From positions 151,654,001-151,718,000 of the forward strand of contig CM059432.1 of assembly GCA_030390025.1 (NCBI GenBank): 64,000 nucleotides of DNA, written 5' to 3'. This document shows positions 24,623-36,560 of this stretch, one piece after another. The translations under genes were made by a program, and so were the position numbers. The notes under the pieces were generated by a model. That model saw nothing but the letters and a program-made list of their open reading frames with translations. It made no database searches and had not been told where the DNA came from. Every line of letters starts with the position of its first letter. Position 1 is the first letter of the stretch. This stretch comes from Squalus acanthias. Taxonomy: Eukaryota.

Positions 24623-26392
24623 ATCGCTGCGACAGCCTCAGTACTCAACACCAACAACAGCCAATCTCCAGACGCCATCCTACAACTCATCCGCTTCATC
24701 CTTGACCACAATGTCTTCACCTTCGACAACCATTTTTTTTACCCAAACACACGGAACAGCCATGGGGACCAAATTCGCACCCCAATACGCCAACATCTTC
24801 ATGCACAAGTTCGAGCAAGACTTCTTCGCTGCACAGGACCTCCAGCCAACGCTGTACACCAGATACATCGACGACATTTTCTTCCTTTGGACCCATGGCG
24901 AAGGATCACTGAAAAGACTACACTATAACATCAACAAGTTCCATCCCACCATCAAATTCACCATGGACGACTCCTCAGAATCGGTTTCATTCCTGGACAC
25001 ACGAATCTCCATCAAAGACGGACACCTCAGCACTTCACTCTACCGCAAGCCCACGGACAACCTCACGATGCTCCACTTCTCCAGCTTCCACCCTAACCAC
25101 GTTAAAGAAGCCATCCCTTATGGACAAGCCCTGCGAATACACAGGATCTGCTCAGACGAGGAGGAACGCAATGGACACCTACGGACGCTGAAAAACGCCC
25201 TCGTAAGAACGGGATATGACGCTCGACTCATCGATCGACACGGTGGCAGTGGGCAACACGGTGGCATAGTGGTTAGCACTGGTGCCTCACAGCGCCAGAG
25301 ACCCGGGTTCGAATCTGACCTCGGGTGACTGTCTGTGTGGAGTTTGCACATTCTCCCCGTGTCTGCGTGGGTTTCCTCCGGGTGCTCCGGTTTCCTCCCA
25401 CAGTCCAAAAATGTGCGGGTTAGGTTGATTTGGCTATGATAAATTGACCCTTAGTGTTAGGGGGGATTAAATATGTGGGGTTATGGGGATAGGATGGGAT
25501 ATGTTAGGTGGAATTAAATACGTGGGGTTACGGGGGTAGGGTGGGATATGTGTACTGTGGGGATTAAAGCAGGGACAGGGTACTGGATTTGGATGATCAG
25601 CCATGATCGTATTGAATGGCGGAGCAGGCTCGACGGGCCGAATGGCCTACTCCTGCTCCAAGATTCTATGTTTCTATGTGACAGTTCCGACGGGCCACAG
25701 CGAAAAATCGCATAGACCTCCTCAGAAAGCAAACACGGGACACAACCAACAGGGTACCCTACGTCGTCCAGTACTTCCCCGGAGCGGAGAAACTACGCCA
25801 TGTTCTTCGCAGCCTTCAACATGTCATCGATGACTACAAACACCTCGCTAAGGCCATCCCCACGCCTCCACTACTTGCCTTCAAACAGCCGCCTAACCTC
25901 AGAAGTACCATCGTTCGCAGCAAATTACCCAGCTTTCAGGATAACAGCGACCACGACACCACACAACCCTGCCACGGCAACCTCTGCAAGACATGCCAGA
26001 TCATCAACACAGATACCATCATCACACGTGAGGACACTACCCACCAGGTACATGGTACATACTCATGTGACTCAGCCAACGTTGTCTACCTCATACGTTG
26101 CAGGAAAGAATGCACCGCGGCATGGTACATCGGCGAGACCATGCAGACACTGAGACAACGTATGAACGGACACCGCGCAACGATCACCAGGCAGGAGTGT
26201 TCCCTCCCAGTCGGGGAACACTTCAGCAGTCAAGGACATTCAGCCTCGGATCTGCGGGTAAGCGTTCTCCAAGGCGGCCTTAGGAACACACGACAACGCA
26301 AAATCATCGAGCAGAAACTGATAGCCAAGTTCCGCACTCATGAGGACGGTCTCAACCGGGATCTTGGGTTTATGTCACGATACATGACGTGA
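24612..26392 (+). pseudogene. Second, inverted copy of the Penelope ORF, split by a SINE
   Basis: ORFs 24612-25328 and 26141-26392 match the minus arm; same T8 frameshift. Confidence 0.93.
25241..25679 (+). mobile_element. Full-length HE1/V-SINE-type tRNA-derived SINE inserted in the Penelope right arm
   Basis: Box A gtggcatagtggt, box B ggttcgaatc, V-domain tgtggagtttgcacattctccccgtgtctgcgtgggtttcctcc, CR1-type tail; gaca duplicated at 25237-25240 and 25680-25683; absent from the left arm. Confidence 0.93.
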
Positions 26393-26703
26393 TCCGGACT
26401 CGAGTCGTCGTTGGCTTGTTCACAGATGTGATTCCCAGTAAAAAAGTAAAAATGTTAAAGTTTATCGTTTTACATACAGACTGCAGCTTTTGACACGTTA
26501 GACCCCCTGTGACTCCACCTCATTGTCTCAGTTGTATCTTGCTATGTCTTTGATGTGGTAAGTTCCTGGCTGACCTGATTGCCTTTTGTCACACCTCGGC
26601 AGATAAACAGTCAGGATGATTAAATTTAGTTGTCTGCCATTGTAAGGTACACATGCATTGTTCTCTATCTATATATGCTTTGGCGATTCTGTATCTCTTT
26701 ACT

Positions 26704-26741
26704 TCTCCCGACGAAGGAGCAATAACTCCGAAAGCTTGTGA
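26704..26741 (+). ncRNA. Minimal hammerhead motif with a stem-I mismatch (tctc instead of tcac)
   Basis: tctc-CCGACGA-a-ggag(caataa)ctcc-GAA-AGCT-T-gtga. Confidence 0.65.
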
Positions 26742-27031
26742 TTTCAAATAAAACTGTTGGACTATAACCTGGTGTTGTGTGACTTCTCAATAGAAATTTA
26801 AGGTGGTTTCTGGGGCGGGCACGTCAAGTGATATGTCTGGAACTGAGAGTATGTTACTGTAGCTGATTGGTTCATATGATCCACATAGGAGTAGAGCATG
26901 AATCAAATGATGACCATGCACTTGGAAGTACAAAATTTATACACTGGATAGTTCCTGGGCATCATGGAAGTAAGACCAGTGGAGCACTGTGTAGGGATTT
27001 AAAAATATATACATATATTGTTGCTGTAGGG

Positions 27032-27178
27032 ATTGGCAATGACCCCTATTCATGTGATGAATAAACTATGAAATTCAATTCTCCTATTGATTTATATTGG
27101 AATTGGCAATGACCCCTATTCATCACATTCATGTGATGAATAAACTATAAAATTCAATTCTCTTGTTGATTATATTTG
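27032..27178. repeat. Two-copy tandem duplication of about 70 bp
   Basis: attggcaatgacccctattcat...aaattcaattctc starts at 27032 and again at 27102. Confidence 0.9.
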
Positions 27179-27449
27179 TGTTTACAAGACTTTTAGATCT
27201 ACAAACTACCTACTGTTAAAGAAATACCTGAAGAAAGTTCATAATTAATTTTACTGACTTACCAAGTACTCAGCTGCTGAGACACATTGAGTGATGCTGC
27301 GGCAGTCTCTTGATTTGCACGTCAAAATAATGTTCCTTAAAGTCATGCTTATCCTCAAATGCCGATACATGCTGAACACTAACACAATCTTGTTGAAAGA
27401 ATCTGCCTGCAGACCATCGTACGAAGAAAAATCAGTTTCAACTTAAGAG

Positions 27450-27612
27450 CTGTTTTTTGGAACTGTTGTGCACAAATTGGCTGCCACGTTTCCCGACATT
27501 ACAACGGTGACTACACTTTATATAAAAGAAATTTTTTTTTTATTGGCTATGAAGCACTTTGAGACATCCTGAGGTTGTGAAAGACTTGATAAATACAGGT
27601 TCATTCTTTCTT
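27450..27612 (+). mobile_element. DeuSINE 3' fragment
   Basis: tgtgcacaaattggctgccacgtttcccgacattacaacggtgactacactt... matches 19360-19500. Confidence 0.8.
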
Positions 27613-28924
27613 TGCTGCCAGTTAGCTAGGTGAAATCACTCAGCAGTCAAAAAACAAAATGCAGAGACCACTTTCAATTCTTTGAACAGATATTGCAGAA
27701 TGTTTGCAAGGCAGGCATTTAATGATTTTTTCCCCCAAGCGTTACTTACGAGCTGGCTTGTTAACTAACATATATATTTTGTGGTGGGGGAGGAGACACT
27801 AGCTCAGTGTCTCTCGTAGTTGGAATCAAATGTCGGTCAGACTGATTGAATGCAAATTTACTCCCTCTGCCGTGGTCCTAAGGAAAGAGCTAAGAGCAAT
27901 TTCAACTCTGTTCTTGTTCAATGCGATAGTTTGCCAGTGAACTGACAATCTTGCAAAAGGAAGCTACAAAGATGGCTGATGCAAGTAATAGAAAAATTAA
28001 TATTGATGCAGTAAGATGTGCTGTTTTGAGGTTGGGTGTGATATATTTTGGATCCCTCGCTATAGCTAATGTTAAATTTCCTGCAAGTGGGCCTAACCCC
28101 TACATTTCAGAAGTTTTACTTTGAAATGGCAGGTATAGCAGACAAAATAATTAATATTTATTTACAATTAAATAGTAATATATATCCAGGTATAAAGGGT
28201 CAGTTGCCCTCTAAAAATAGAGGTCTTGGTAAATCTTGTAAACAAAGTTCTGATATGGCAAATTCAGTTGTTTCTATCTAATTATATCCCTCTTCCTCAA
28301 GTTGGGAGAAAAGCATAGCCTTTCATGTCAACTGCCAGAATTGTGAAGAACATCAGCCTCCAGTGTTTAATATATTAGGTAATATTGAACTACTGGGTAT
28401 GAAACCTCATAAGGGTTGAAATCTTGCCTGGGAAGGGGAGGGGGGTATTGGTTGAGGGCTAAAACCTTGCTCAATGTGCAATGTTGGGGAAAGGGTGGTG
28501 TTTGAGGACTGAAATCTTGATCGATGATGGGGATAGATTTTTACTCAAGGGATTCATGTATGTTAATTTAGGGGCTGTTGGATAAATTTAGGTCCGGCCC
28601 TATTGTAACCGTTGGTCACCTAAAGTTACTTTTACAGTGCCATTTACAAGTGCAATATTTTTAGAATCTTGAGACCGTTACTAATATATAGCAGAGGTGA
28701 TTTTGATGATTTTACTTAGCCTGGCTAGTGGAAGTGCCTATATACAAATCATTTGGACCCAAACAACTTCCTTCTTTGCCACATAGTAATGTAGATTGAG
28801 TCATTTTCAGTTCCAGTCCTCTTAAATGTAATTCACATCATCGAGAAAATGTTAGAATAAAAACAGACAGGTAGACGGGATTCTCCTATGTCCCTTTGTT
28901 CAGTAAAGACTCAAAATCTATCTC

Positions 28925-29110
28925 GTAAAATACAAAGCAAGAACTGCAAATAGCAGAAATTTGAAATAAGAAAAGAAAATGTTAAAAATGCATAGCCGGT
29001 CAGTCATCATGAGTCTGATGAAGGGTATACAGCCCAAATGCTACAACCTGTCTTTCCTCTTTTCAGAGGTTGACCTGCTGTATTTTCAGCATTTTAGTTT
29101 TTTATTTCAC
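28925..29110. mobile_element. Highly decayed miniature inverted Penelope end pair
   Basis: Left gaaatttgaaataagaaaagaaaatgtt..ggtcag versus right gacctgctgtattttcagcattttagttttttatttca; hammerhead-like ctgatgaaggg..cccaaa in the middle. Confidence 0.55.
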
Positions 29111-30121
29111 TGTCTTCCTGGTGTTCGAAACAGTTAAATCTGATCCTTGGAAGGTGCCAAAACTAATAATTTGAGTGCTGCTAACACACCAAGTTGTGTG
29201 AGCCCATGGCAGCAGCGGGTCTTGGAATTCAAGCCTCTGGATAATTATGACTTTTTAAAATTGTGACAGACACTAGTATGACTTCCTTTGTCCTATTTTG
29301 AATTTCAAAGGAGCTAGGAAGTATATGTAGCCTCAGCCTGCAGTATTTCCTCAGTTAGTCTTGCACTTTTAACACACACAGGTGAACATGTAATAACTCA
29401 GCCAGGCTAGCTTGAAGCTGACCACAAGGTAAATATTTGGAGCTGAAAATTCTAATACTGTACTCCCAGCATTGAGTCACAGCCTTCAGAAGAGAAGGGA
29501 GGTCAAGTGTCGATTGATGTAAAAGGGGGTTATTTGGCTCTTTAGTGGGCCATCTACAATTTGTACCGTAATAGATTTTCCTTAATTTACCAGAACATGC
29601 AAAATATAGTAAAGAAGAATGGTACATTACTCATTGTGAGATGTAAATTGTTATTTCAATTAGGTTGTGCTTAACATAACATTGTTTTCCCTTTTCCCAG
29701 CATGGTTGTGTCTCTCCGTATCCTTACTCAAGGCATCCTCTTTGTGTGAGGATGCTGATTTCAGGCTATGTAACTGAGTTCATAATGCTTCTAATATGCC
29801 TGTTGATGAATAAGAACCCAAATTAGTAATACATTTTGTTATGTGTTTTTGTACAAAGTGTTCAGTGCCGTGATGGCTTATGGTTTCCTTACATAAGAAT
29901 TTTTAGGAACAATAAAGGCTTTTTGGTTGGTCTTGCTCTCTACTTGCATTTTTGCCATATCTCTCAATCCCTCTTCCTTCTCTGGAACTGTAGCTTATCT
30001 ATTGAACCCATTTACATTTGCAGTGGCCTTCGTAGGCAACATACTCAATAGTTTTTCTCCTAACTTAATTTTTAACTTGTGGCTGTCCCTAATCGATGAA
30101 CCCTTTGCTATAGTGAATCAT

Positions 30122-33100
30122 TTAGAAAAATAGGAGCAGGAGTCGGCCATTCGGCCCTTCGAGCCATGGCTGATCCTCTCTCAATACCATATTCCTGCTC
30201 TCTCCCCATACCCCTTGATGCCTTTTGTGTCTAGAAATCTATCTATCTCCTTCTTAAATATATTCAGTGACTTGGCCTCCACAGCCTTCTGTGGTAGAGA
30301 ATGCCACAGGTTCATCATCCTCGGAGTGAAGAAATTTCTCCTCATCTCAGTCCTCAATGTCCTACCCCGTATCCTGAGACTGTGACCCCTCGTTCTAGAC
30401 CCCCCCAGCCAGGGGAAACATCCTCCCTGCATCCAGTCTGTCTAGCCCTGTCAGAATTTTATACGTTTCAATGAGATCCCCTCTCATTCTTCTAAACTCT
30501 CATGAATACAGGCCTAGTCGACCCAATCTCTCCTCATACGACAGTCCTGCCATCCCAGGAATCAGTCTGGTGAACCTTTGCTGCACTCCCTCTATGGCAA
30601 GTATATCCTTTCTTAGGTAAGGAAACCAAAACTGCACACAGTACTCCAGGTGTGGTCTCACCAAGGTTCTGTATAACTGTAGTAAGACATCCTTGCTCCT
30701 GTACTCAAATCCTCTTGCAATGAAGGCCAACATTCCATTTGCCTTCCTAACTGCTTGCTGCACCTGCATGTTTGCTTTCAGTGACTGGTGTACAAGGACA
30801 CCCAGGTCCCTTTGTACCTCAACATTTCCCAATCTATCACCATTTAAATAATACTCTACCTTTCTGTTTTTCCTACCGAAGTGGATAACTTCACATTTAT
30901 CCACGTTATACTGCATCTGCCATGTATTTGCCCACTCACTCAACTTGTCCAAATCGCCTTGAAGTCTCTTTGCATCCTCCTCACAACTCACAATCCCACC
31001 TAGTTTCGTGTCATCAGCAAACTTGGAAATATTACTTTCGGTTCCCTCATCCAAATCATTGATATATATTGTGAATGGCTGGGGCCCAAGCACTGATTCC
31101 TGCGGTACCCCACTAGTCACCGCCTGCCACTCCGAAAAAGACCCATTTATTCCTACTCTCTGTTTCCTGTCTGTTAACCAATTTTCAATCCATGCCAGTA
31201 TATTACCCCCAATCCCATGTGCTTTAATTTTGCACACTAACCTCTTATGTGGGACTTTATCAAAGGCCTTCTGAAAATCCAAATACACCACATCCACTGG
31301 TTCTCCCTTATCTATTCTACCAGTTACATCCTCAGAAAACTCCAGTAAGTTTGTCAAACACGATTTCCCTTTCATAAATCCATGTTGACTTTGTCTAATC
31401 CCGTTGATATTTTCTAAGTGTCCTGTTATCACATCCTTTATAATGGACTCCAGCATTTTCCCTACTACTGATATTAGGCTAACTGGTCTGTAGTTCCCTG
31501 TTTTTTCTCTCCCATCTTTTTTAAATAGTGGGGTTACATTTGCCACCCTCCAATCTGCAGGAACTGTTTCATAATCTATAAAATTTTGGAAGATGACAAC
31601 CAATGCATCCACTATTTCCATGGCTACCTCTTTTAGTACTCTGGGATGCAGATTATTAGGCCCTGGGGATTTATCGGCTTTCAATCCCATTAATTTCTCC
31701 AGCACTTTTTTTTACTAATACTAATTTCCTTTTAATTCCTCCTCCTCACGAGACCCTTGGTTCTCTTGCATTTCTGGGAAGTTATTTGTGTCCTCTTCTG
31801 TGAAGACCGAACCAAAGTATTTGTTTGATTGCTCAGCCATTTCCTTGTTCCCCATTATAAATTCTCCCTTTTGACTATAAGGGACTTACATTTGTCTTCA
31901 CTAATCTTTTTCTTTTTACATACTTGTAGAAGCCTTTACAGTCCACTTTTATGTTCCTTGTAAGTTTACTCTCATACTCTATTTTTCCCCTCTTAATCAA
32001 TCTCTTGGTCCTTTTTTGCTGAATTCTAAACTGCTTCCAATCCTCAGGCTTGCTACTTTTTCTGGCAACGTTATATGACTCCTCTTTGGATCTAATACTA
32101 TCCTTAATTCTTTTGTTAGCCATGGTTGGGCCGCTTTTCATTTTGTGTTTTTGCGCCAGAAAGGAATGTATAACTGTTGCAATTCATGCATTCGTTCCTT
32201 AAATGTTAGCCATTGCCTATCCACTGTCATGCCTTTTAATGAAGCTCCCCAATCTATCATAGCCAACTCCCTCCTCATACCTTTGTAGTTTCCTTTGTTT
32301 AGATTTAGGACCCTAGTTTTGGATTGGACTTCTTCACTTTCCATCTTAATGAAGAATTCTATCATGTTATGGTCACTCTTCCCTAAAGGACCCCGCACAA
32401 CAAGATTATTAATTAACCCCATCTGATTGCACAATACCCAATCTAGGATAGCCTGTTCCCTAGTTGGCTCCTCAACGTACTGGTCTAAAAAAAACCATCT
32501 CGTACACACTCCAGTAATTCATCCTCCACAGTATTATTGCTAATTTGGTTTGGCCAGTCTATATGTAGATTAAAGTCACCCATGATTACTATAGTACCCT
32601 TGTTACATGCATCTCTAATTTCCTGTTTGATGCCATCTCCTACATTACCACTGCTGTTTGGAGGCCTATAGACAACTCCCACCAATGTTTTCTGCCCCTC
32701 AGTGCTTCTTAGCTCCACCCAGACTGATTCTACATCTTGATTTTCTGAGCCAATATCCTTTCTCACTGTTGCTCTGATTTCATCCTTTACTAACAAGGCC
32801 ACCCCACCTCCTTTTCCCTTTTGCCTGTCCTTCCTAAATATCGAATATCCTTGGATATTCAGCTCCCAGCCTTGGTCACCCAGCAGCCATGTCTCCCTAA
32901 TCGCAATTATATCGTATCCGTTTACATCTATTTGCACTGTTAATTCGTCTACCTTATTATGAATGCTTCGTGCATTCAGATACAGTGCCTTTAGATTTGT
33001 CTTTTTAACATTTTTAGACATCTTAACATTTTTTTGTACTATGGCCCTATTTGTCTTATTACCATTTTTTTCTTACCCGGACCCTATTTGTTAGTGCACT

Positions 33101-33260
33101 CTTTTGTTTGTACGCTCTGTCCCTTCCTGACTCAATCTGGTTATCCTTACCCCACTCACTTTCCTGCACTGCTTCCTTGTCTTTTCTCTTTAGCATTACA
33201 GATTTCTCTCTACCGGTACCCTCCACCCCCCGCCCCCCCACCCCCACCCTTAGTTTAAAG
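30122..33260 (-). mobile_element. CR1 LINE with essentially complete but frameshifted ORF2 (APE endonuclease and RT)
   Basis: ORFs 32485-33021 (YLNARSI, GGGVAL, GDFN, APE), 32138-32509 (SDH), 30500-31705 (RT); ORF1-end motif ctttaaactaa (reverse complement) at about 33250-33260. Confidence 0.95.
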
Positions 33261-34350
33261 CATAGAAGATAGGAGTAGGAGTAGGCCATTCGGCCCCTCG
33301 AGCCTGCTCCGCCATTTAATGAGCTCATGGCTGATCATCCAAATTCAGGACCCTGTCCCTGCTTTCTCCCCATATCCCTTGATCCCTTTAGCCTTGAGAA
33401 ATATATCTATCTCCTTCTTGAATATATTTAATGAATTGGCCTCAACTGCCTTCTGTGGTAGAGAATTCCTCAGGTTCACCACTCTCTGGGTGAAGAAATT
33501 CCTCCTCATCTCAGTCCTAAATGGCTTACCCCTTATCCTTAGACTGTAACCCCTGGTTCTGGACTCCCCCGCCATCGGGAACATCCTTCCTGCATCTAGT
33601 CTGTCTAGTCCTGTTAGAATTTTATAAGTTTCAATGAGATCCCCTCTCATTCTTCTAAACTCTAGCGAATATAAGCCTAATCGACCCAATCTCTCTTCAT
33701 TCGTCATTCCTGCCATCCCAGGTATCAGTCTGGTGAATCTTCGCTGCACTCTCTCCATGGCAAGAACATCCTTCCTCAGATAAGGCGACCAAAACTGCAC
33801 ACAATACTCAAGGTGTGGTCTCACCAAGGCCTTGTACAACTGCAGCAAGACATCCTTGCTCCTGTACTCGAATCCTCTCGCTATGAAGGCCAACATACCA
33901 TTTGCCTTCTTAACCGCCTGCTGCACCTGCATGCTTACCTTCAGCGACTGGTGCACAAGGACTCCCAGATCTCGTTGCACTTCCCCTTTTCCCAATCTAT
34001 TGCCGTTCAGATAATCTGTCTTCCTGTTTTTGCCACCAAAGTGGATAACCTCGCATTTATCCACATTATACTGCATCTGCCATGCATCTGCCCAATCACC
34101 CAACCTATCCAAATCATACTGGAGTTTCTCTGCATCCTCCTCACAGCGCACACGCCCACCCAGCTTTGTGTCGTCTGCAAACTTGGAGATATTACATCTA
34201 GTTCCCTCGTCTAGATCATTAATATATATTGTGAATAGCTGGGGTCCTAGCACCGATCCCTGTGGTACCCCACTAGTCACTGCCTGCCACTCGGAAAAAG
34301 ACCCGTTTATTCCAACTCTTTGCTTCCTGTCTGCCAACCAGTTCTCTATC
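33261..34350 (-). mobile_element. Younger CR1 3' portion nested in an older CR1
   Basis: 330-aa ORF 33345-34337 with its own 3' tail at 33261. Confidence 0.93.
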
Positions 34351-35045
34351 CAGAGATTATTACCTTTGTGGTTCTGCTTTTTAATTTAGTCCCTAGCTGC
34401 TCAAACTCTCTCGGCAGAACCTCTTTCTTTGTCCGACCTATATTGTTGGTACCTACGTGAACCACGACAACTGGATCTTCTCCAGCCCGGAGGAGATGTC
34501 CTTTACCCTGGCACCGTTTAGCCAACATAGCCTTCGGGACTTATGCTCCTTGCTGCAGAGAACAGTGTCTATCCCCCTAACTATACTTTCGCCTACTACA
34601 ACCATCTTCCTTTTTACTCCCTCCACGTGAACGGCTTCCTGTACCACGGTGCCGTGGTCAGTTTGCTCGTAGTCCTCGCACTTGTCCACAAGGGTTGCAA
34701 GAACCTCGAATCTATTTGACAAGTGCAGGGACTGAGGCTCCTACAAAACTACCTCCTGGATCCCCATACCTGCATCACTCGCAGTCACACCCTCCTGTCC
34801 CTGACCACGTGTCAATTCTGAAGTATTTAATCTAAAGGATGTGGCTGCCTCCTGGAGCAAAAGTTCCAGGTAACTTTCTCCCTCCCTGATGTCTCGCAAT
34901 GTCTGCAGCTCGGACTCCAGCTCCTCAACTCGGAGCCGAAGTTCCTCGAACCGCAGACACTTACCGCAGATGTAGTCGCCCTGGACAAAAATGTCCACAA
35001 GCTCCCACATATTGCAGCAGCAACACTTCTGTTCTCCCATTTATT
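34351..35045 (-). mobile_element. CR1 ORF1 remnant (zinc finger/coiled coil and SGNH esterase-like region)
   Basis: CCCCNMWE..YICGKC..EELRLRVEELESEL; VVVHVGTNNIG; LKSRTTKVIISG. Confidence 0.88.
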
Positions 35046-35132
35046 TAATTAATTAGTTTAGTGTTAATCAAATTATTTGCCTCATTTAGTTTATTAAATT
35101 AATTTAGTTTTTAAAATTTAGTTATATGCTAT

Positions 35133-35852
35133 AAGAACATAAGAACATAAGAAATAGGAGCAGGAGTAGGCCAATCGGCCCTTCGAGCCTGCTCCGCCAT
35201 TCAATAAGATCATGGCTGATCTGATCCTCACCTCAAATCTAAAGAACACAAGAAGTAGGAGCAGGACCCGGCCACTCAGCCCCTGGGCCCGCTCCGCCAC
35301 CCACAGGGCCTCGACCGATCCGAACTCCGCCTCATGTCCAATTTCCTGCCCGCTCCCCGTAACCCCTAATTCCCTTTACTTCTAGGAAACTGTCTATTTC
35401 AGTTTTAAATTTATTTAATGATGTAGCTTCCACAGCTTCCTGGGGCAGCAAATTCCACAGACCTACTACCCTCCTGCGTGAAGAAGTTTCTCCTCATCTC
35501 AGTTTTGAAAGAGCAGCCCCTTATTCTAAGATTATGCCCCCTAGTTCTAGTTTCACCCATCCGTGGGAACATCCTTACCGCATCCACCCGATCAAGCCCC
35601 TTCACAATCTTATATGTTTCAATAAGATCGCTTCTCATTCTTCTGAACTCCAATGAGTAGAGTCCCAATCTACTCAACCTCTCCTCATATGTCCACCCCC
35701 TCATCCCGGGGATTAACCGAGTGAACCACCTTTGTACTGCCTCGAGAGCAAGTATGTCTTTTCTTAAGTATGGACACCAAAACTGTATGCAGTATTCCAG
35801 ATGCGGTCTCACCGATACCTTGTATAACTGCAGCAATACCTCCCTGTTTTTA
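35133..35852 (-). mobile_element. CR1 3' portion with a doubled tail
   Basis: ORF 35411-35836; near-identical to about 17600-18322 in reverse. Confidence 0.93.
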
Positions 35853-35859
35853 TAATCTA

Positions 35860-36125
35860 TATGTTAACTTAAAACTTAGCCCACAGTCACTACCGATCAC
35901 TTACCTGCCTTACCTGTGGTGTCACACTGCAGTTTTCTCTTGTTGCAGGTCTGCTGCTGCTTTTATCCCCGCTCTCGGGCCTCGGTCTGCTCCCATTCAG
36001 GTCTGCCGCCGCTCAAACTCCAAGTTGTTCACTCTGCGCGCTGCACTCCTCGCAGGTCCGCGCTGTCCCCGGGTCCCGCTCTCTTTATTCTCTGCCGCCT
36101 CTGGTACCGACTCCTCGCCTATTAA
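35860..36125 (-). mobile_element. Possible CpG-rich CR1 5' UTR
   Basis: GC/CpG-rich block lying 5' (on the minus strand) of the ORF1 remnant; assignment by position only. Confidence 0.35.
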
Positions 36126-36304
36126 TTCCTTCTATTACAGTTCTTGCTTTTTAAAAACACCTTTTTCCTCTTGCATTAGTTCTACAGTACTTATATGTTT
36201 TATATTGCAGTGAATCTAGGATCCTTGGATGCAGAAATTTAAGGAATATATGAAGCGCGTGCTACACCCTGCATTTACTCTTTGCTGAAAATGAAATGCA
36301 ACAT

Positions 36305-36560
36305 CGAATCATAGAATGATAGAGCACGGAAAGAGGCCATTTGGCCATTCTGCCTGTGCTGGCTCTTGGAATGAGCTGTCCCACTCCCCTGCTCTTTCCC
36401 CATAGCTCACCAATTTTTTTCCACTTCAAGTATTTATCCAATTCCCTTTTGAAAGTTATTACTGAATCTGATTCCACCACCATTTTGAGGCAGTGCATTC
36501 CAGATCATCATAACTAGCTGCCTAAATGTTTTTCCTTATGTCTCCTCTGGTTCTTTTGCC
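36305..36560 (-). mobile_element. CR1 3'-tail fragment
   Basis: ORF ...VVESDSVITFKRELDKYLK plus tail. Confidence 0.8.

Larger units (their letters stand above)
22403..26789. mobile_element. Inverted (hairpin) Penelope-like retroelement, family A, probably Neptune-type
   Basis: Minus arm 22403-24622 and plus arm 24612-26791 are near-identical reverse complements; 12-bp TSD atagaaatttaa at 22391-22402 and 26790-26801; RT (RYIDD), Cys-rich linker (PCHGNLCKTC) and GIY-YIG (VVYLIRC...WYIGET). Confidence 0.97.

Noticed and set aside
25250..25325. tRNA gene
   Set aside because: The tRNA-like head runs into a V-SINE body and LINE tail; the same applies to the head at 18496
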